DNA from: Felis catus
Lineage: Eukaryota
Assembly: GCF_018350175.1 (NCBI RefSeq)
Contig: NC_058369.1
Span: 27,468,001 to 27,532,000 of the forward strand
Length of the DNA: 64,000 nt
Reading direction: 5' to 3'
Shown here one piece after another: positions 25,461-38,749 of the stretch (position 1 is its first letter; the number at the start of each line of letters is the position of its first letter). The notes under the pieces are model-generated. The model saw only the letters and a program-made list of their open reading frames with translations, searched no databases and had not been told where the DNA came from. Made by a program: the position numbers and the translations under genes.

Positions 25461-26476
25461 TATTCCCAACAATTTTTGCGTTTTTATCTATCCTAGAGGA
25501 GCTGCCTGCCACCTGAGTGGCCAGTTCCACCCACCAGGCGCAGTCCCCTCCCCAGCCAAAAGGCAGTCCTTTGAAAAGCATCTTGCTGCCTCAGCAAAAA
25601 GTCTCTCCACTAATATAGTGGAGTTTGCTATCTTGGGCCAAAATCACTGTAAATCTAACCTAGAGAGACCCCATTCCCCCCAACGTGGCCCCTTGGAGCA
25701 GATGGAGAAATTTCCCCAGTATTTCTGAGCAAACTTTGACACACAAAGCAAACCAGTGAAGGAATGATACCCAGGCTCTCCAGCTGAGCTATATTTCCAC
25801 TTGGGGTAAGTTTGAGTCTAAATGAGGTTCATTAGCATATAACTGGGCCACAAATATGTTGATGAGGGTCATGGATCTTCTGTTCAGAATTTGGCTGCCA
25901 GCACTCTGGTTTTACATTTTGCCACATAGATTTAATTCTCCTTAGTGGAAGAAAACCACATTAAGAAGTCATTTCCCTCCTCGCAGAGGCAGATAGAACA
26001 CCATCGCTACAGGCGAGTCAAACAGGATTGCTATTTTTCTACTCAAGAACTAATTTTCATTTTGATACTAGCTTTAGGTCTGTTATAAATCCATCTTGTA
26101 ACAATTCAATAGGATGACAAAGAACAATATATACAGCCCAGAAAATATGGCCTTCCCACTTCTGGTGCTGCCATTGAAAAGACACAGAAACCCAGCATTA
26201 AGTGGCTTCATCACCACAGATCATACCAGATGAATCCAAATAATTTAGAGCCTGTGAACGTTAATGCCTCCCTGGTTATTAGGAGACCGTCTGTTATTGT
26301 CATATGCCTTACAGATGGCAACGTTGTGCCCACACTTCGAAGTTGTTTATGCGAGGTAGAGAAATAAATAAAACAAAAACTAATCATATTTGCAAAGCTC
26401 TGCTGTATATGGTTTTTAAAACTTAGAGGTTTCCCTCCTAAAAGCCCCAGATGGAAAAATGTGGCTTTCTTTAGAA

Positions 26477-26645
26477 CAGTAGTGCTGGCTACCCACTGGA
26501 TTCACCTGGGGAACTTTAAAAAACACTATTGCCTGGGTCCACCCGGGGATTCTGATTTAATTTGTTTGGGGACAGCCTGGGTTTGGGGACTTTTTCAAAC
26601 TTCTCAGTTAATTCTGAGGTGCACTTACTCCTTGAGAAGCAAGGC
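26477..26645. mobile_element. MER5-family hAT MITE
   Basis: ggattcacctggggaactttaaaaaacac...gattctgatttaatt...ttgagaa. Confidence 0.7.
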
Positions 26646-27499
26646 ATTTGGGAGAAATGTGTATGTGTATAGATAGAGCCCATGCACATAGAGAAATAAT
26701 ACATTTCCCTTTAAGACCATTGCTTGTCACCCTGTCAATAGAAGAGAGGCTGTTGTTTGCAAACCCTGTTCTACAACTGCTTTTCTTCTCCACAGAAATA
26801 GGGAGTCCAGGAATGATCCTGATGAGCAAGACCTGCATCTTCAAAGAGGCACCCAGGTGACTTAGAAATTAAACGTGGTGTAGTTTGGGGTACATTTCTT
26901 CCTTCCTGAGGCAACCCAGGAACCTGGTGGCTGCAAGCCATTGCAGGCTGGCAGAGGTAAGCTCTAGTGACCTCAAACAGTGGTTTATGCAGAAGGCACT
27001 ACATGCCAGAAGGAAGCTTTATTGTGGGAGGGGAGAACTTCAGATGAACCTTCCAGATTAATTTAGGCTGTCCACAGGGAAAGGCACTGACTGCTTACTA
27101 ATGCACATGGTATTTATTCTGTCCCCACAATGCTAAGGGCTGGCCCTGGCACTAGAACACTGAAACAGACCCATTTATTGTCATTATGGGATACTCAGAA
27201 TAGGCACCAAATGGTTAATTATAAATGGTTGGGGTGGGGGGGGGTGGGATTTACAAATGGAACAGACCCTTTTGCTGCCCATATGAAGGGTACCCAGGTA
27301 GGGAGAATAGGCACCAAATAATTTATTACAAATAAGGAGGAGGCATTTCCAAATGGGAGGGCTGCTGCTGGGAGGGCCTGACCTGCTTTGAAAGGCTTTT
27401 GAGTTTCAGCTTGGTAAAGAAACAGAGTGCTATGATACAGAGTGACAGGGGAGAAGGGCTTATCTAAGGAACATCTAGCAACATCTCTCCAAGAAGATA

Positions 27500-27665
27500 A
27501 GGTTAGGCTCAGACTTTGACAATGAGAGGGCAAGCTCCTTAACCTCTTTGTGCCTAAGTTTCCCCCCACTGTAAAAAGGGAGCAGTAAGAGTTTTGAGTA
27601 GATGTACTTGGCACTTAGTAGTAATAAGTGGTACTTAGTGTTTGCTGCTGCTATTATTACTACTA
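27500..27665 (+). mobile_element. MIR fragment
   Basis: gggcaagctccttaacctctttgtgcctaagtttccccc...gctattattac. Confidence 0.6.
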
Positions 27666-28017
27666 TCAGGCTGGATACACCATCCCCATCACAGTGGGGA
27701 CAGAGAGGTTTTGTCCAGGAGTAAACTTGCCTTTCCTGTCTTCATGGTTTCCCAATGACGTGTGTCTTTTTGGACCTTAGATACACTAAAAGGATTAAGA
27801 GCTATGGTATGGCCCAAACCAACGACTCTAGTGAGGCACTGAAGTCTGAGGAGAAAATTTAGCTCCTGCAGCTTTAAAATGACCTATAATAATCCCTAAC
27901 TCTCCAGGTTGTTAAGAGTAAAAAAGGTATCAATGGAGGCTCCTCACAGGTCAAGGTCAAGGTCTTAGAATAAAAGCATGTGGTAATGATCAAATGCAGT
28001 CAAAATTACCCTGAAAT

Positions 28018-28180
28018 CAGGGCTGCCAGAGTTAGCAAATAAAAATACTAAATCAAATTAACTGAGTGTCCTGTACATCTCATGTGATATTTGGGACATA
28101 TTCTTACTAAAAAGTATTACTTATTTATCTAAAATTCAAACTTAACTGGGCTTCTCCTTATATTTTATCTGGTAACTCAG
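28018..28180. mobile_element. MER53-like palindromic hAT MITE
   Basis: agggctgccaga...tttgggacata...tttatctaaaattcaaacttaactggg...ttttatctggtaact. Confidence 0.75.
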
Positions 28181-28377
28181 CCTGGGGGACCCCCTTTGAA
28201 AAAGAAAAACCTAAACACTGAAAGTGCTTGGCTCACATTTGGGTTGTTCCCACACCTGCCTTGCTATGAATCCAGGAAAAGACACAGGCTGTCCAAAGGA
28301 AGACCAAAATCAAAGCTAGCATTTTGTTCACTCTAAGGCTTAGTATTGGATGAAATGAAGGGTACTCTTTAAACCTC

Positions 28378-28555
28378 ACAGCTCAGTGGTTCTCAGGCGC
28401 ACACTTTTCCACATTTTCACATCTCTGAAATCAAAGTGTGCTCCACAATCGACGGTGTGTCATAATTTAATTGGCAGTGTTTTTCTTTGTTAGTCGTACA
28501 TGAAGGAACGGTGCTTCTTCCTGTCGACTGCGTCTGGGGTTCAATGCACTACAGT
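28378..28555 (+). mobile_element. MER104-like Tc2 MITE
   Basis: cacattttcacatctctgaaatc...acaatcgacggtgtgtcataatttaattggcag. Confidence 0.75.
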
Positions 28556-29429
28556 GCTCCGTCTTTCCTCCTGGTAATCATATCACACAAGTTAAATGGC
28601 CATGACAGTGCTCAACACCACAGCACATTCCTTACCTCCTCTCTAGGCAACAGTGAAACTGTTGAACAGTTGACACTGTTTTCACAGGCACTTGGTTCTT
28701 TAGGGGAAAGTGCTCACCAGAGTTAGAAAGTTTGCAAAAAAATTTGAGCCAAAAAATCTTTATTCACTCAACAGAGTGAAGTCTGTGATGGCTCTTGGAA
28801 GAGCATTCTATTTCCATATAAGTTTGAAAAGAGATTAAAAAAAATGTATCTGCAGTCATTTCACTTTATCTGCCTGAAATGATTTTGGAGAAGGTAGTGT
28901 TAACAGGATTTCTGACTGAAGTAGTGATATGTGTCAATTTTGACATTCTGCTCCTTCCTGGGCATTGAGCGTGCTATCACAAGGTATGTGAGGTAAAGAT
29001 CAATTCCCTGATGTAATGCTCAAACTGCCTTGGCTATTGACTTTTTTATAGCTCTGTAATGGAATACAGTAGGAAGAATGATTCACAATAATTTAAATGT
29101 TTTTCAGGATTTGGAACTAACCTGTAATAAAATGCCAAGTTGTCTTCAAAGGCTGGGAAAGGTGGGGGGAAACGATTTAATACCACTTCTTAAAGAAGCA
29201 AGTGCTGAATATAAACTTGAGTGTTGTTATAGAGTACGTTAATATATTTCATTGTTATTTTCTAAAACAACATAAAGAGCAGGAAGCTTAAACTATTTCT
29301 TACGGGTTGATGGTTCTATTCAGACAGGTGTTTATATAGTCTTGAAAAGGAAATAATATCAATGAACACGGAAGTAAATCCATAATTTTCTTTTAGAACT
29401 AATTCTCTGCCTCTATTTTCAATATAGCC

Positions 29430-29750
29430 AACAAGCCTTTGTTGAGCACATGATATATTCCAGGCACTGTTCTAGGCATTATGGGAACTGTCAAAATGTA
29501 TAAGCCACAATCTGTGCCTCCAGGGGTCTTACCACCTCAAAGGGCAGACAGATTTATACATATGTAATATAAGTCAGTCTGGTATAAGAACTGGGCTAGA
29601 AGTTCCATCACAGTGTTCTCAGAATATCTGAGGAAGAGAGTAATTCTTGCCAGGTGGGGCCTTTGGTTGACTTAAAAAATCAGGATTTCCACTGGGCTTA
29701 AAGCATGTGATTTCTGGGCAGTGGGAATGGCTTTAGCAAACACATGAGGT
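29430..29750 (-). mobile_element. LINE-2 3' fragment
   Basis: ttgttgagcac...ccaggcactgttctaggcatt. Confidence 0.65.
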
Positions 29751-29938
29751 GCATGCCAGCTCTACTGCAACTCATGCCATGGCTAGCTTCCTCAACTGCT
29801 GGCACCCCTCTTTCCTGAGGAGTTCTGACTTAGCTTTCCTCATAAGCCTGACCTTCTTTCAGAGTGGTCAGAGAACTGAAATTTAGTTGCCATTTTGAGA
29901 AGCCTTAACATTCCATTGTTTAAAGATGGGGAAGACAT

Positions 29939-30130
29939 GGGGTGCCTGGGTGGCTCAGTCAGTTGAGCATCTGACTTCGGCTCAGGTCATGATCTCATAG
30001 TTCATGGGTTCGAGACCTGCATCGGGCTTTGCGCTGACGGTGTGGAGACTGCTTCAGATTCTCTATCTCCGGCTCTCCATGCCCCTCCCCGCCACTATCT
30101 CTCTCTCAAAAATAAATAAACATTAAAAAA
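29939..30130 (+). mobile_element. Can-SINE
   Basis: Full head and tail; TSD AAAGATGGGGAAGACAT (29922-38) / AAAGATGGGAAAGATAT (30131-47). Confidence 0.97.
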
Positions 30131-30269
30131 AAAGATGGGAAAGATATCTCATTGGCCCAGAAGATGGCCTCCAGTCTATGATTCAAAGCCACAAACAGCT
30201 TTGAATCCTGCTAAGAGAAAGTTACTCCATTTTCAATCTGATTAATCAAAAGTCTTAGTACTAGCATGT

Positions 30270-30556
30270 CCTTACTATGGTACCAGCATGACCTCTAACA
30301 GAAAGAGAGGAGCCATCCAGACTCTAGCTAGAATGTAATAAGATTGTTTTGTTTACATCATATTGATTTTGAGGGTTATCTCCCATTTGTGATGTCATCT
30401 CAAATTTCCTTTTAAACTAAATTTATTTAAGGTAAAGAGTCGAGTGAGAAAACAGATGAAGTAAAACAATGTCAGAAATAGAGGATTAAGCACAGCATTA
30501 ACCTTGAAAGATGGTCCAGAGGTGGGAAGTATAGCTGAGGTGAGGAAAGTCACTGC
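30270..30556. mobile_element. Old hAT-Charlie-like MITE remnant
   Basis: AT-rich text shared with 55560-55740 (..tgttttgtttacatcatattgattttg..); family not pinned down. Confidence 0.35.
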
Positions 30557-30689
30557 AAGTATGAGGCTACAGCATGGGCCTTCTAGGATGTGGATGTAGT
30601 TGTTTCTATTGGGCTAAATCAAAGGAGGCTTCAGAATTTTTTTTTTCTTTTTGGACAGACATTGAAAGTCAAAATAGTTTAAAATGATG

Positions 30690-31130
30690 AGAGCTCTGAA
30701 GAGCAATCAATGCATTGTGATGTGTGGGGATGATAGAATGGTGGGGGAGGGGTTATGGGGGGAAACGCCTCACTGAAGAAATGACGGAGAAGCTGAGATG
30801 CTAACAATGTCTAGAAAGCCATGAATCGAGAGCAGGGAAAAAAGGTATTTCATGCAGAGGGAACGGAAGTGCACAGCATCGAGGGAAAAGGGATCTTGGT
30901 TGAGTCAGTGACTAGAAAAGTAAGGGACATGGCAGATAATTTGCAGCCTGTGGGGATGGCTGAGAAATGGGAATTTTATTTTTGGTGCAAAAGAAGACAT
31001 TAAAGGGTGGGAAGTGGGGAAATTAAAAGCTTAGAATAATTTTTCATTGAGTGGCCTGGCTGGAGAATGAATTAGAGACCGCTACTGCAGCAGCTGGACC
31101 AGAAATCATGGGAGCTGGGCAGGCATAGAC
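30690..31130 (-). mobile_element. LINE-2 fragment
   Basis: Purine-rich: cctcactgaagaaatgac...gcagagggaac...gaattttattt. Confidence 0.55.
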
Positions 31131-31731
31131 TGGACCAGAAGGGGGCCCGTCAGGCTGGAGGCGAGCTCAGCTGCCCCATAATCCAGTGTGCTGGTGACTT
31201 AGCTACAGTGTGTGCAGTTAGTGAGAGGGTCTCCATGCCTCCCTTCAGGCAGGTATTTCTTTGACAACTTCCTGCCAGGCACTTTATGTAAAGCACGCTT
31301 GGATGCTGGCTCCCCTGCTCAAGGCTGCTCTGAACCAGTATGAAAATCACTCCTGTACTGCCCAGTATGTGACTCTCTTCAGTTACCTGCTTCCCAAACT
31401 CCCTAAGATTTCCTGGACCATTTAGATTGACTTGAGTGATATTTCATAATTCTGGATGTTGTCTCACTCCGTCACATACACACAGCCAGCATCCTTTGAG
31501 CACAAGTTTCCTCCCCAAACACTAAATACCGTTTCTCTCGGTGCTGGTTATTGAGCAGTTAGTCACCCACTTTGGCCTCTCTTGGTGTCCTAATGAATCA
31601 CCTCTTCCTTTCATTTGATGCAAAATAATAAGTCTGTACTGCCAACCATTGGTAGCTACTTCTTTCATAGAACCCTGAGGTTCTGCAAATATTTCTTTGT
31701 GCAAAAATATGTTAATTGCTTCCCCCAACCC

Positions 31732-31925
31732 TTTTTTTTTTTTTTTGAGAGAGAGCTAACGCACACAGAGTGGTGGGAGTAGAGAGAGAGGGAGAGAGGG
31801 TCTTAAGAAGTCTCCACCATGCTTAGCATAGAGCACGACAAGGGGCTTGATCCCACCACCCTAAAATCAGACCTGAGATGAAATCAAGAGTTGACATGTA
31901 ACCCTTTAAGCCACTCAGGCACTGC
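31732..31925 (-). mobile_element. Older Can-SINE
   Basis: Poly-T, (GA)n, ggggcttgatccc, gaaatcaagagt, agccactcaggcac. Confidence 0.85.
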
Positions 31926-34329
31926 AACTGCCTCCCTTCTGAATCTCTGTGTGAGCTGGAGCCCTGAACTAATGGCTAGATTGTGAGACTTCTAAGTGCA
32001 ACCAAGTGGCCTCTGGTTCTCTCTGTTCACTGTGAAGTTTTAAAAGTCCAAATCATTGCCCTTTATGGAGAGAAATCCAGGTAATGCACAAAGCATTCAT
32101 CATTTGATTAGTTGTCTAAGCTTTGACTTAAGCCTAACTTGCTTGAATTAAAGCAAAAAAAATTTTTTTTAGTACTGCCAACGAGGCCAAAATGCTGAAA
32201 TAAGCTCTTATATTAATTAATGGTATCCTACTTTCAAGGAGTATAGAGTGTTGATGTTTAAGAATTTGTAACCCCCAAAAGTATTTATTAACTAGAAAAT
32301 CACAGCACTGGAAAATAATTATGCCAAACCACTGTACTATAACAGAACCCAATTGCTTATCCAATTATACATTAAAGTATCACATTGTCAAGCCGATTGC
32401 CAAAGCAGCAAATGAGACTTTGCCAGCATCACAATTTGGACCAGATATTACTCAATTGACTGTACTGTGAATGGTCCTCAGAGTATCCCATGAACCCTAT
32501 AAAACCTATACAAACCAGGGTGGGTAATTCAGGTTTGGTGGAGTACATGGCTGCCATCATAAAATTGCTTTGATTGGCTAGACATTATAATTTGTAGTTT
32601 TCCATCAGAAGCTTGTTAGGAGCAATTCAGCAAAGGGAGCTTTCTGCTCCTGGTCTTATGCAGTTGATTTCAATGAAAATAACAAAGTAGTCACTTCCTG
32701 TCAGAGGCACAATCTTTGAGAAAGGTAAACCTAGACGGGGCTTCCTGGATCTGCCATGCTGCCTCCTGGCCTGCCACCATTTAGAACTTTCTTACAACAT
32801 GGCATCAGGGCAGGTGAGGAACAGGGCTCAGGGACTGGACCGTGAAGGGCTGCGGGGGTGTTGATATGGGAGTCACTACATTCGAGAATCATCAGCATAG
32901 AGTAAAATACAAACCTGAATTAATTTTAGGATTAAATTTTACAGCTAAAATTTTCTTCATAGTTTACCACATGAGCCTCATATTTATAAGGGATGAGAGT
33001 GATCCCACCTAACAATCGGGCCAGTCATTTCAGATGAAAATCCCATGATGGCAATAGTGATTACCTGGGCTGGGTAGAGAAATCAACTGTGCTAACCCAG
33101 CAGTCCTTGGTATTCCCATTATAATCCCTCAATAATAAAGTCTTCTGTCCAGTTCTCATGTGTATGGTAGAAATCACCAAATTACAGTAACATCCATTGG
33201 TGTATCCTTAATGGTTGCTGGGTCTGACACCCAGTATGTAGTCAAGAAGCATATGTTAAAGGTGCTTTCCCTCCCAACTTAGCGGCTGCACAAGTTCAAC
33301 ATTCCCATTTTCCAGATGAAACATCTGAGTCTCCAAGGCACTTAAGTCACTCAACCAACATCATGTGACTACTGAGGAACAGTAGTTGTCTGGATCAATA
33401 TGGGTTATAGGTCCCTAGTACACTCATTGGATCCACTCTGTAAATTCTTGACAACTTTTCTTTGGTTAACATTTTTGAAAGCAGGGATGATAGAGCAGCA
33501 CAGAGAAGAGGTTGCAAACAGAGATCTACCTCCCAGCTGAGATCAGGCTGGGCAGCCTCCTCTGAGGGGACAACTGCATCTCAGGCAAGTTTTCAGTAAA
33601 TAATCACTGATCTCTGTCACCTCACCCCAGGCTCCATCGTAGCTGAGTTTTACTGGCTTTTTAATGTGTAGGAAATTGGTGAAGCAACAGGGACTAGAGA
33701 TTTCTACCAGTCTGATTTCCTCAGGCCTCCTGTTTCTAGAAATGCACTCACTGAGAAATGAAATGAAACTGCTTCTGAAAGGGAGTTTCATGATGGAGCA
33801 AACTTCAGAAAAGGAAATGTTAATTCAAAAACCAATTTCCTCAGCCAGCCATATTCCACAGGCCTTCCCTCCTCCCCTCCTCCCACCCCATGTCTTGGAT
33901 ACTGGTGTTTGAGCAAGAGTGTTCTCCTTTATTCATAGAGTGATGTCAACTTGTGGTACTCAGAATGAGGAAAGAGAAAAGGCAAGGGACCAGTTTCTCA
34001 TTTCTTTTGAATCTCCTGAATGTTGCCATATTTGCTCCTGCTACAGTGTAGATTCTTCTTCCAAAGGCCCATTACAGAACCTTTAGAAACACAGCCCAGG
34101 CAAGAGAGCTCTCCTCGAGGAGAGTGGGGTATCTGTATTGTAAGAAGCACACCACCAGGCACACCCTATTGTAGATATGGCCTCAGAATCCTGCTCAACA
34201 CAATCCAGGCAGCAACAACTAAGCCCTCAAAATAAAACCCATTTGGAGATGCTGAACTAAGTGAGCTGTTGGCTGGGGGTTGCACAATCCAGGTGCCCCA
34301 AGCATTGGAAGCTTATTTCTTTGCAGAAC

Positions 34330-34610
34330 TCAAAATTCAATTATTCAACAAATAGTAGTAATATGTCTGCCACATGGTATTACACTGTGCAATGGTGAGC
34401 AAGCTGGACAAGGTTTATTGCCCTCAGGAGGCTAACATTTGAGGAGAAAAGGCAGGCAATTGGCAACTATTCAAATCAAATCGATTACTACCATTCCAGA
34501 GAATAAGAGAAGTACATCAGACAATGCAGCCAGGGAAGGCTGCTCTGAGGAGGTGACAAGGAGGCTGAGAGGGTTCAGCAAGTACTCATACCCAGAGGAA
34601 GGGCAGAGGT
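34330..34610 (-). mobile_element. LINE-2 3' fragment
   Basis: attcaattattcaacaaata...tgccctcaggaggctaaca...cagggaaggctgctctgaggaggtgaca. Confidence 0.65.
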
Positions 34611-35906
34611 ATCCGCATAGTCTGTGAACTGGCCGAAGGTCAGTGATGGGAGCAGAATGAGGAAGTACCCGAAGAGGCAGGCAAATCCCCTTCCTTTTAG
34701 TAGCAGAGGCACAAGTACTAGAAGAAAGAGGAATGGGATGATTCAGTCACATCATCTTTGTGGAGCATCTACTTTTTGCTGGTCTCAGAAGAATATGAAT
34801 CGAGTGAAGACGTGATAAGTTTAGACTCCAAGGGCTGAAGGAGGAGAGGCCAGCTGGAACAGCTGGGCCCAGCCTTGCTTGTGAGATAAGGTAATGCCAC
34901 TTTGGGGCTTCAGTTTTGCTTCCTGGGCCTCTACCTCTCCTTAATACCAGGCCATCCTGATAGGACATTTTCCACAGAAAAGCAAATGAGTGGCAAACTT
35001 TTTACACAAGTGGTTACCACCGAGGAGCAGTGAGGACACAGGGTGACCTCACAAGCATCTTTCCGAATATTCACCATATGTTTGGTGGAGCTAAAAGAGC
35101 TACGCAACACCATCTGGCCAGGTGCCTTGCACCAGGACTCACATGTTGGCAGATGACAAATGACTAACATAAAATCTATATTCTAAGGGTACTCACCACT
35201 CCCTAGATTGCTCATGAATTTCTTCCTTTTACAAGATAATTGTTCTGCCTTTGGTTACAAGACCACACCCCCTGCGACACACCCATTGAATGTAACATGC
35301 TTTTACTCACAAACCCATTCACTTCTGATGGAACTGTTCCAATGTCCTTCAAAGCTGGGTTGTTGCGAGTTGCACAAATAAATTAGGAGCCAACCTTTCC
35401 CCAATGCCTCTCTCTATTTCATTTAAATACCTTCTTTAATGAAGATATAAAGCCTTGGATGCAGCTGAAACGCTAAGTTTACCATGCGTGACAGCAGATC
35501 TTTGTCACAGAAGATTTCAAATGCCTTTTAAAACAAAACAAAACCAAAAACCAGAATACTTGAAAGAAACTGAAATTTCCTTGTTATAGGCTCAACTGCT
35601 CATTTTATATACCCTATAAGTGACCATAATCCAGAAATCAGCACAGAAAACAGATGTAAGCCAACTGCAAACATACACATACAGCTTCACTACAGTGAAC
35701 ACCTAAAATGCAATGCCAGGCTTGTGACTATTTTGAAGCATCAGACTAGAAAAGAGATCCTTTCACCTTTTTCAGCTTCCTGAATCTAACCTCTCATTTA
35801 TTTACTACTAAGATGTTCAAGAGGCACTGTAGAAAGGGCCAAGCCTGGGATCTATATAAATGGCATATCAGTAAATATAACTATATATATGAAAATCCAG
35901 GCTTGA

Positions 35907-35909
<3 letters not shown>

Positions 35910-35948
<39 letters not shown>
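35910..35948. repeat. (TA)n microsatellite
   Basis: Directly visible. Confidence 0.97.
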
Positions 35949-35949
<1 letters not shown>

Positions 35950-36484
35950 CTTGATTTTAAAATGTCATTGTTGGGAGTTATAACCCATAAAAAGAGTCTT
36001 AATATTTTAATTAATCTCATCTCAGTGCTGCTTAGGGGTTTAAAGGAGTTTGGTTGCTAAAAAGCAACCTTTAAAAAAAAGGATAAAAGATCAAAATGCT
36101 TGAAAGTGCTTCTTAAAATTTCTGGTATCTATTTAAAGTCAAAGAAACAAGTATTTGAAAAATTCTTGTTCTAGAATCAGGGTCTGAAACCAATATTTAA
36201 AATTCTCCAGTCCAAACAATCCAAAGGGCACTGGTACCCTGGCTTGAAATCTTACCCCTCCCTGAGACAGTGGGATCCTAGCTGACAAGCTGTGCCAAGA
36301 GACCATTTGTCTTCACCCTGAGTCTGACTCTCTCTTCCCCAACCTCTACATATACATCTTAGCTTCTTCGGATGCACAGCACAAGTTCACATACAAATAT
36401 CACCTTCAAATGCTGATGAATTTGAGCTACACCTGAGTCTGTCAATTCTGTGGTCCAGAGAGACTATGGACCTCGGGTGAGAGG

Positions 36485-37060
36485 ATATATTGGAGCATCT
36501 TCTTTGGAAAATAGTTTGGCATGATTGCCTAAAGTGGACATTCACAATACCCTGTGACTCAGCAATATTATATCCAGGTATATACCTGGGAGAAAGTTTT
36601 CTCCTGTACATGAGAATGTTCAAAGTGGCTCTAATTAAAACAGCAAGAACCTGGAAGTGATCAGTATTCTTCAGAAAGTAGATGAATAAACAGATATAGT
36701 CATATAATGAAATATTACACAGTGATCAAAATGACTGACAGAGACAATTAGCCCATATGGCCAAATCTTAACATATGATGAAGGAAAAATAAAAGGTAAT
36801 ATGCTACATGATGCTAAAGTTATAAAGTTAAAAAGAAACTCAAAAATCTATCCTTTTACAAAATGCATAGGGATGCCTAAAACTATGTAAAAAGAAGTGA
36901 AAGCAATGGGACCATGAGATTCCAGATGATGGTGTAAGTGAAAGGGTGGGCTGTGGGTCCATCATCATGGTGTAGGTGTAGGATAGTGTCAAAATGGTAG
37001 TTTCTTGTCTTGAATGATGGGCTTGTGGATACTCAATTAGTCACTAAGCATAACTACAGC
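36485..37060 (+). mobile_element. Ancient L1M (L1ME-like) 3' fragment
   Basis: tttggaaaatagtttggca...ccctgtgactcagcaat...atgaaatattacacagtg. Confidence 0.75.
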
Positions 37061-38159
37061 AAAACAGGCCATGAATGAAAACAAACATGGCCATCCTTGG
37101 GCAACATAGATTTTACAACATAGGATGACTGCAATTTCCCTCCCTGTGGAAATCCAGCTTCCATTCAGAGAACCTCCGTGAAAATTACAACATAGTAGCA
37201 TTTGCTATGTAAGAGCACTGAAGTTATTAATTGGATTCCAGATGTCTGAAATTGATGTATCCCTTCACTGAATCCCCCCTAGGATCTATTTTGGGTATAA
37301 CACTTCACACAGGATGCTGTTCTTAATTAAAACTGCTCTGCCTTAAGAGCTTTATGTCTGTGAGATAGTCATCCAAACATTCTCCTCTCCATAAATTTCC
37401 TCTTATGTCCTATTTCCGAAGCAAAAGTAATACTCGCCTGGATTTTAATAAACATGTCTGCAGCGGTAATATAAATTTCACATGCTTTCTACATTTCATA
37501 ATCTCTTTTAGTCCTTTTCTTTATGCTGATTCTCAGACCGAGACTGTATTCTAAGGGCTTTGCAGCCCTACCTCCTCTGTTTCTGTTTCCCACAAACAAT
37601 ATGCTGATTGCTATTAAGGTAGGAAACATAGATGAGACATTGAAAAAAGCCATTAACTTCTAAGTAATTTTTCTCCTCTCCCTCTTTAATTTTTGATTTT
37701 GGCAATAACTGACTCTAGTTCATTGATTTTAGATTGAAGCCTAGTAACCAAGTTATCAGTCCAAGATCTGTGAGTGTTCCTAAATGGTTACTCAGACTGT
37801 GTCTTGCAGATGCCAAAATTAAAAAGAAATTAAATCAGGCAAACCAAATTTTTGGCATTCCAGAAGCAAATCAACCAATCAACACCCCCCACACACTGAT
37901 TGACTGTTTTTTCACTTTGCAAGTGGCTATTTGGGCCCTGGGTAGAGAGAGAGAGATCACCTACTTAAAAAGGGAGTCAGATTCAGGACTTAATCCTACA
38001 GCCAAATGGCAGCCAAATCACAAGGAACAAATAGTGCTCTGTGGAAAATGGACCCCTGGCCAAAGGAAAGAGGCTTTTGATCCAATGCCAAGGACCTTCT
38101 GCTCTAGGGAAGTGAAAGCATCAAAGGAAGGGAGGCCAAAATAATGAGGCATAATTATA

Positions 38160-38357
38160 TTGTTATTATTAATGGATTTTTACTGAGCATGCACTAAGTG
38201 CCAGGTACCAAGTGTTGGTACAGAGATGATCTCATTTAAGCCTCATTGAATAGCCCTGGTGCTGCCTTCTTCATTTTCAGGTGAGGAAGTTAAGATGAGA
38301 GATGTGACCCTACAGCTCAAGGGTGGCTCGAACTCTAGGGCTCACTCCCTTAACCTG
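38160..38357 (-). mobile_element. MIR
   Basis: tttactgagcatgcactaagtgccagg...atctcatttaa...cattttcaggtgaggaag. Confidence 0.7.
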
Positions 38358-38749
38358 CATGCCCTCTCTCATAGAACAACATCCAACATCTGCTACACAA
38401 TGGAAACCAAGTTCTGATGTCTAAATTAAAGCATTTCTGCACACAGAATCTCATTGGATCAATTTTGGGGTAGAGGCATAATACTGTTGTTCCCATTTTA
38501 CAGAAAATGAAACAAAGATGGGGAGATTGAGTTGTGTGAGACTTTTCTGAAGTCTTAGATTGAAAGCCTTGGCATGTTTCCCTACTAAAAAGGAGCCTCA
38601 ATGAAATATAATAGGCATGCCGTGCACCTAGATTCTGAATTGGAACATCCCAGCAAGAGAACCATATATTGGGGCCTCTCTTATTTAAAAAGTATACATT
38701 AAATTCTAGGTAGTGGCCCAGGGCGGTCTCCCTTCCTTTGCTATCAAAT

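Noticed and set aside
37734..38144. 136-aa ORF
   Set aside because: Non-ATG start, no recognisable domain and no convincing exon boundaries.
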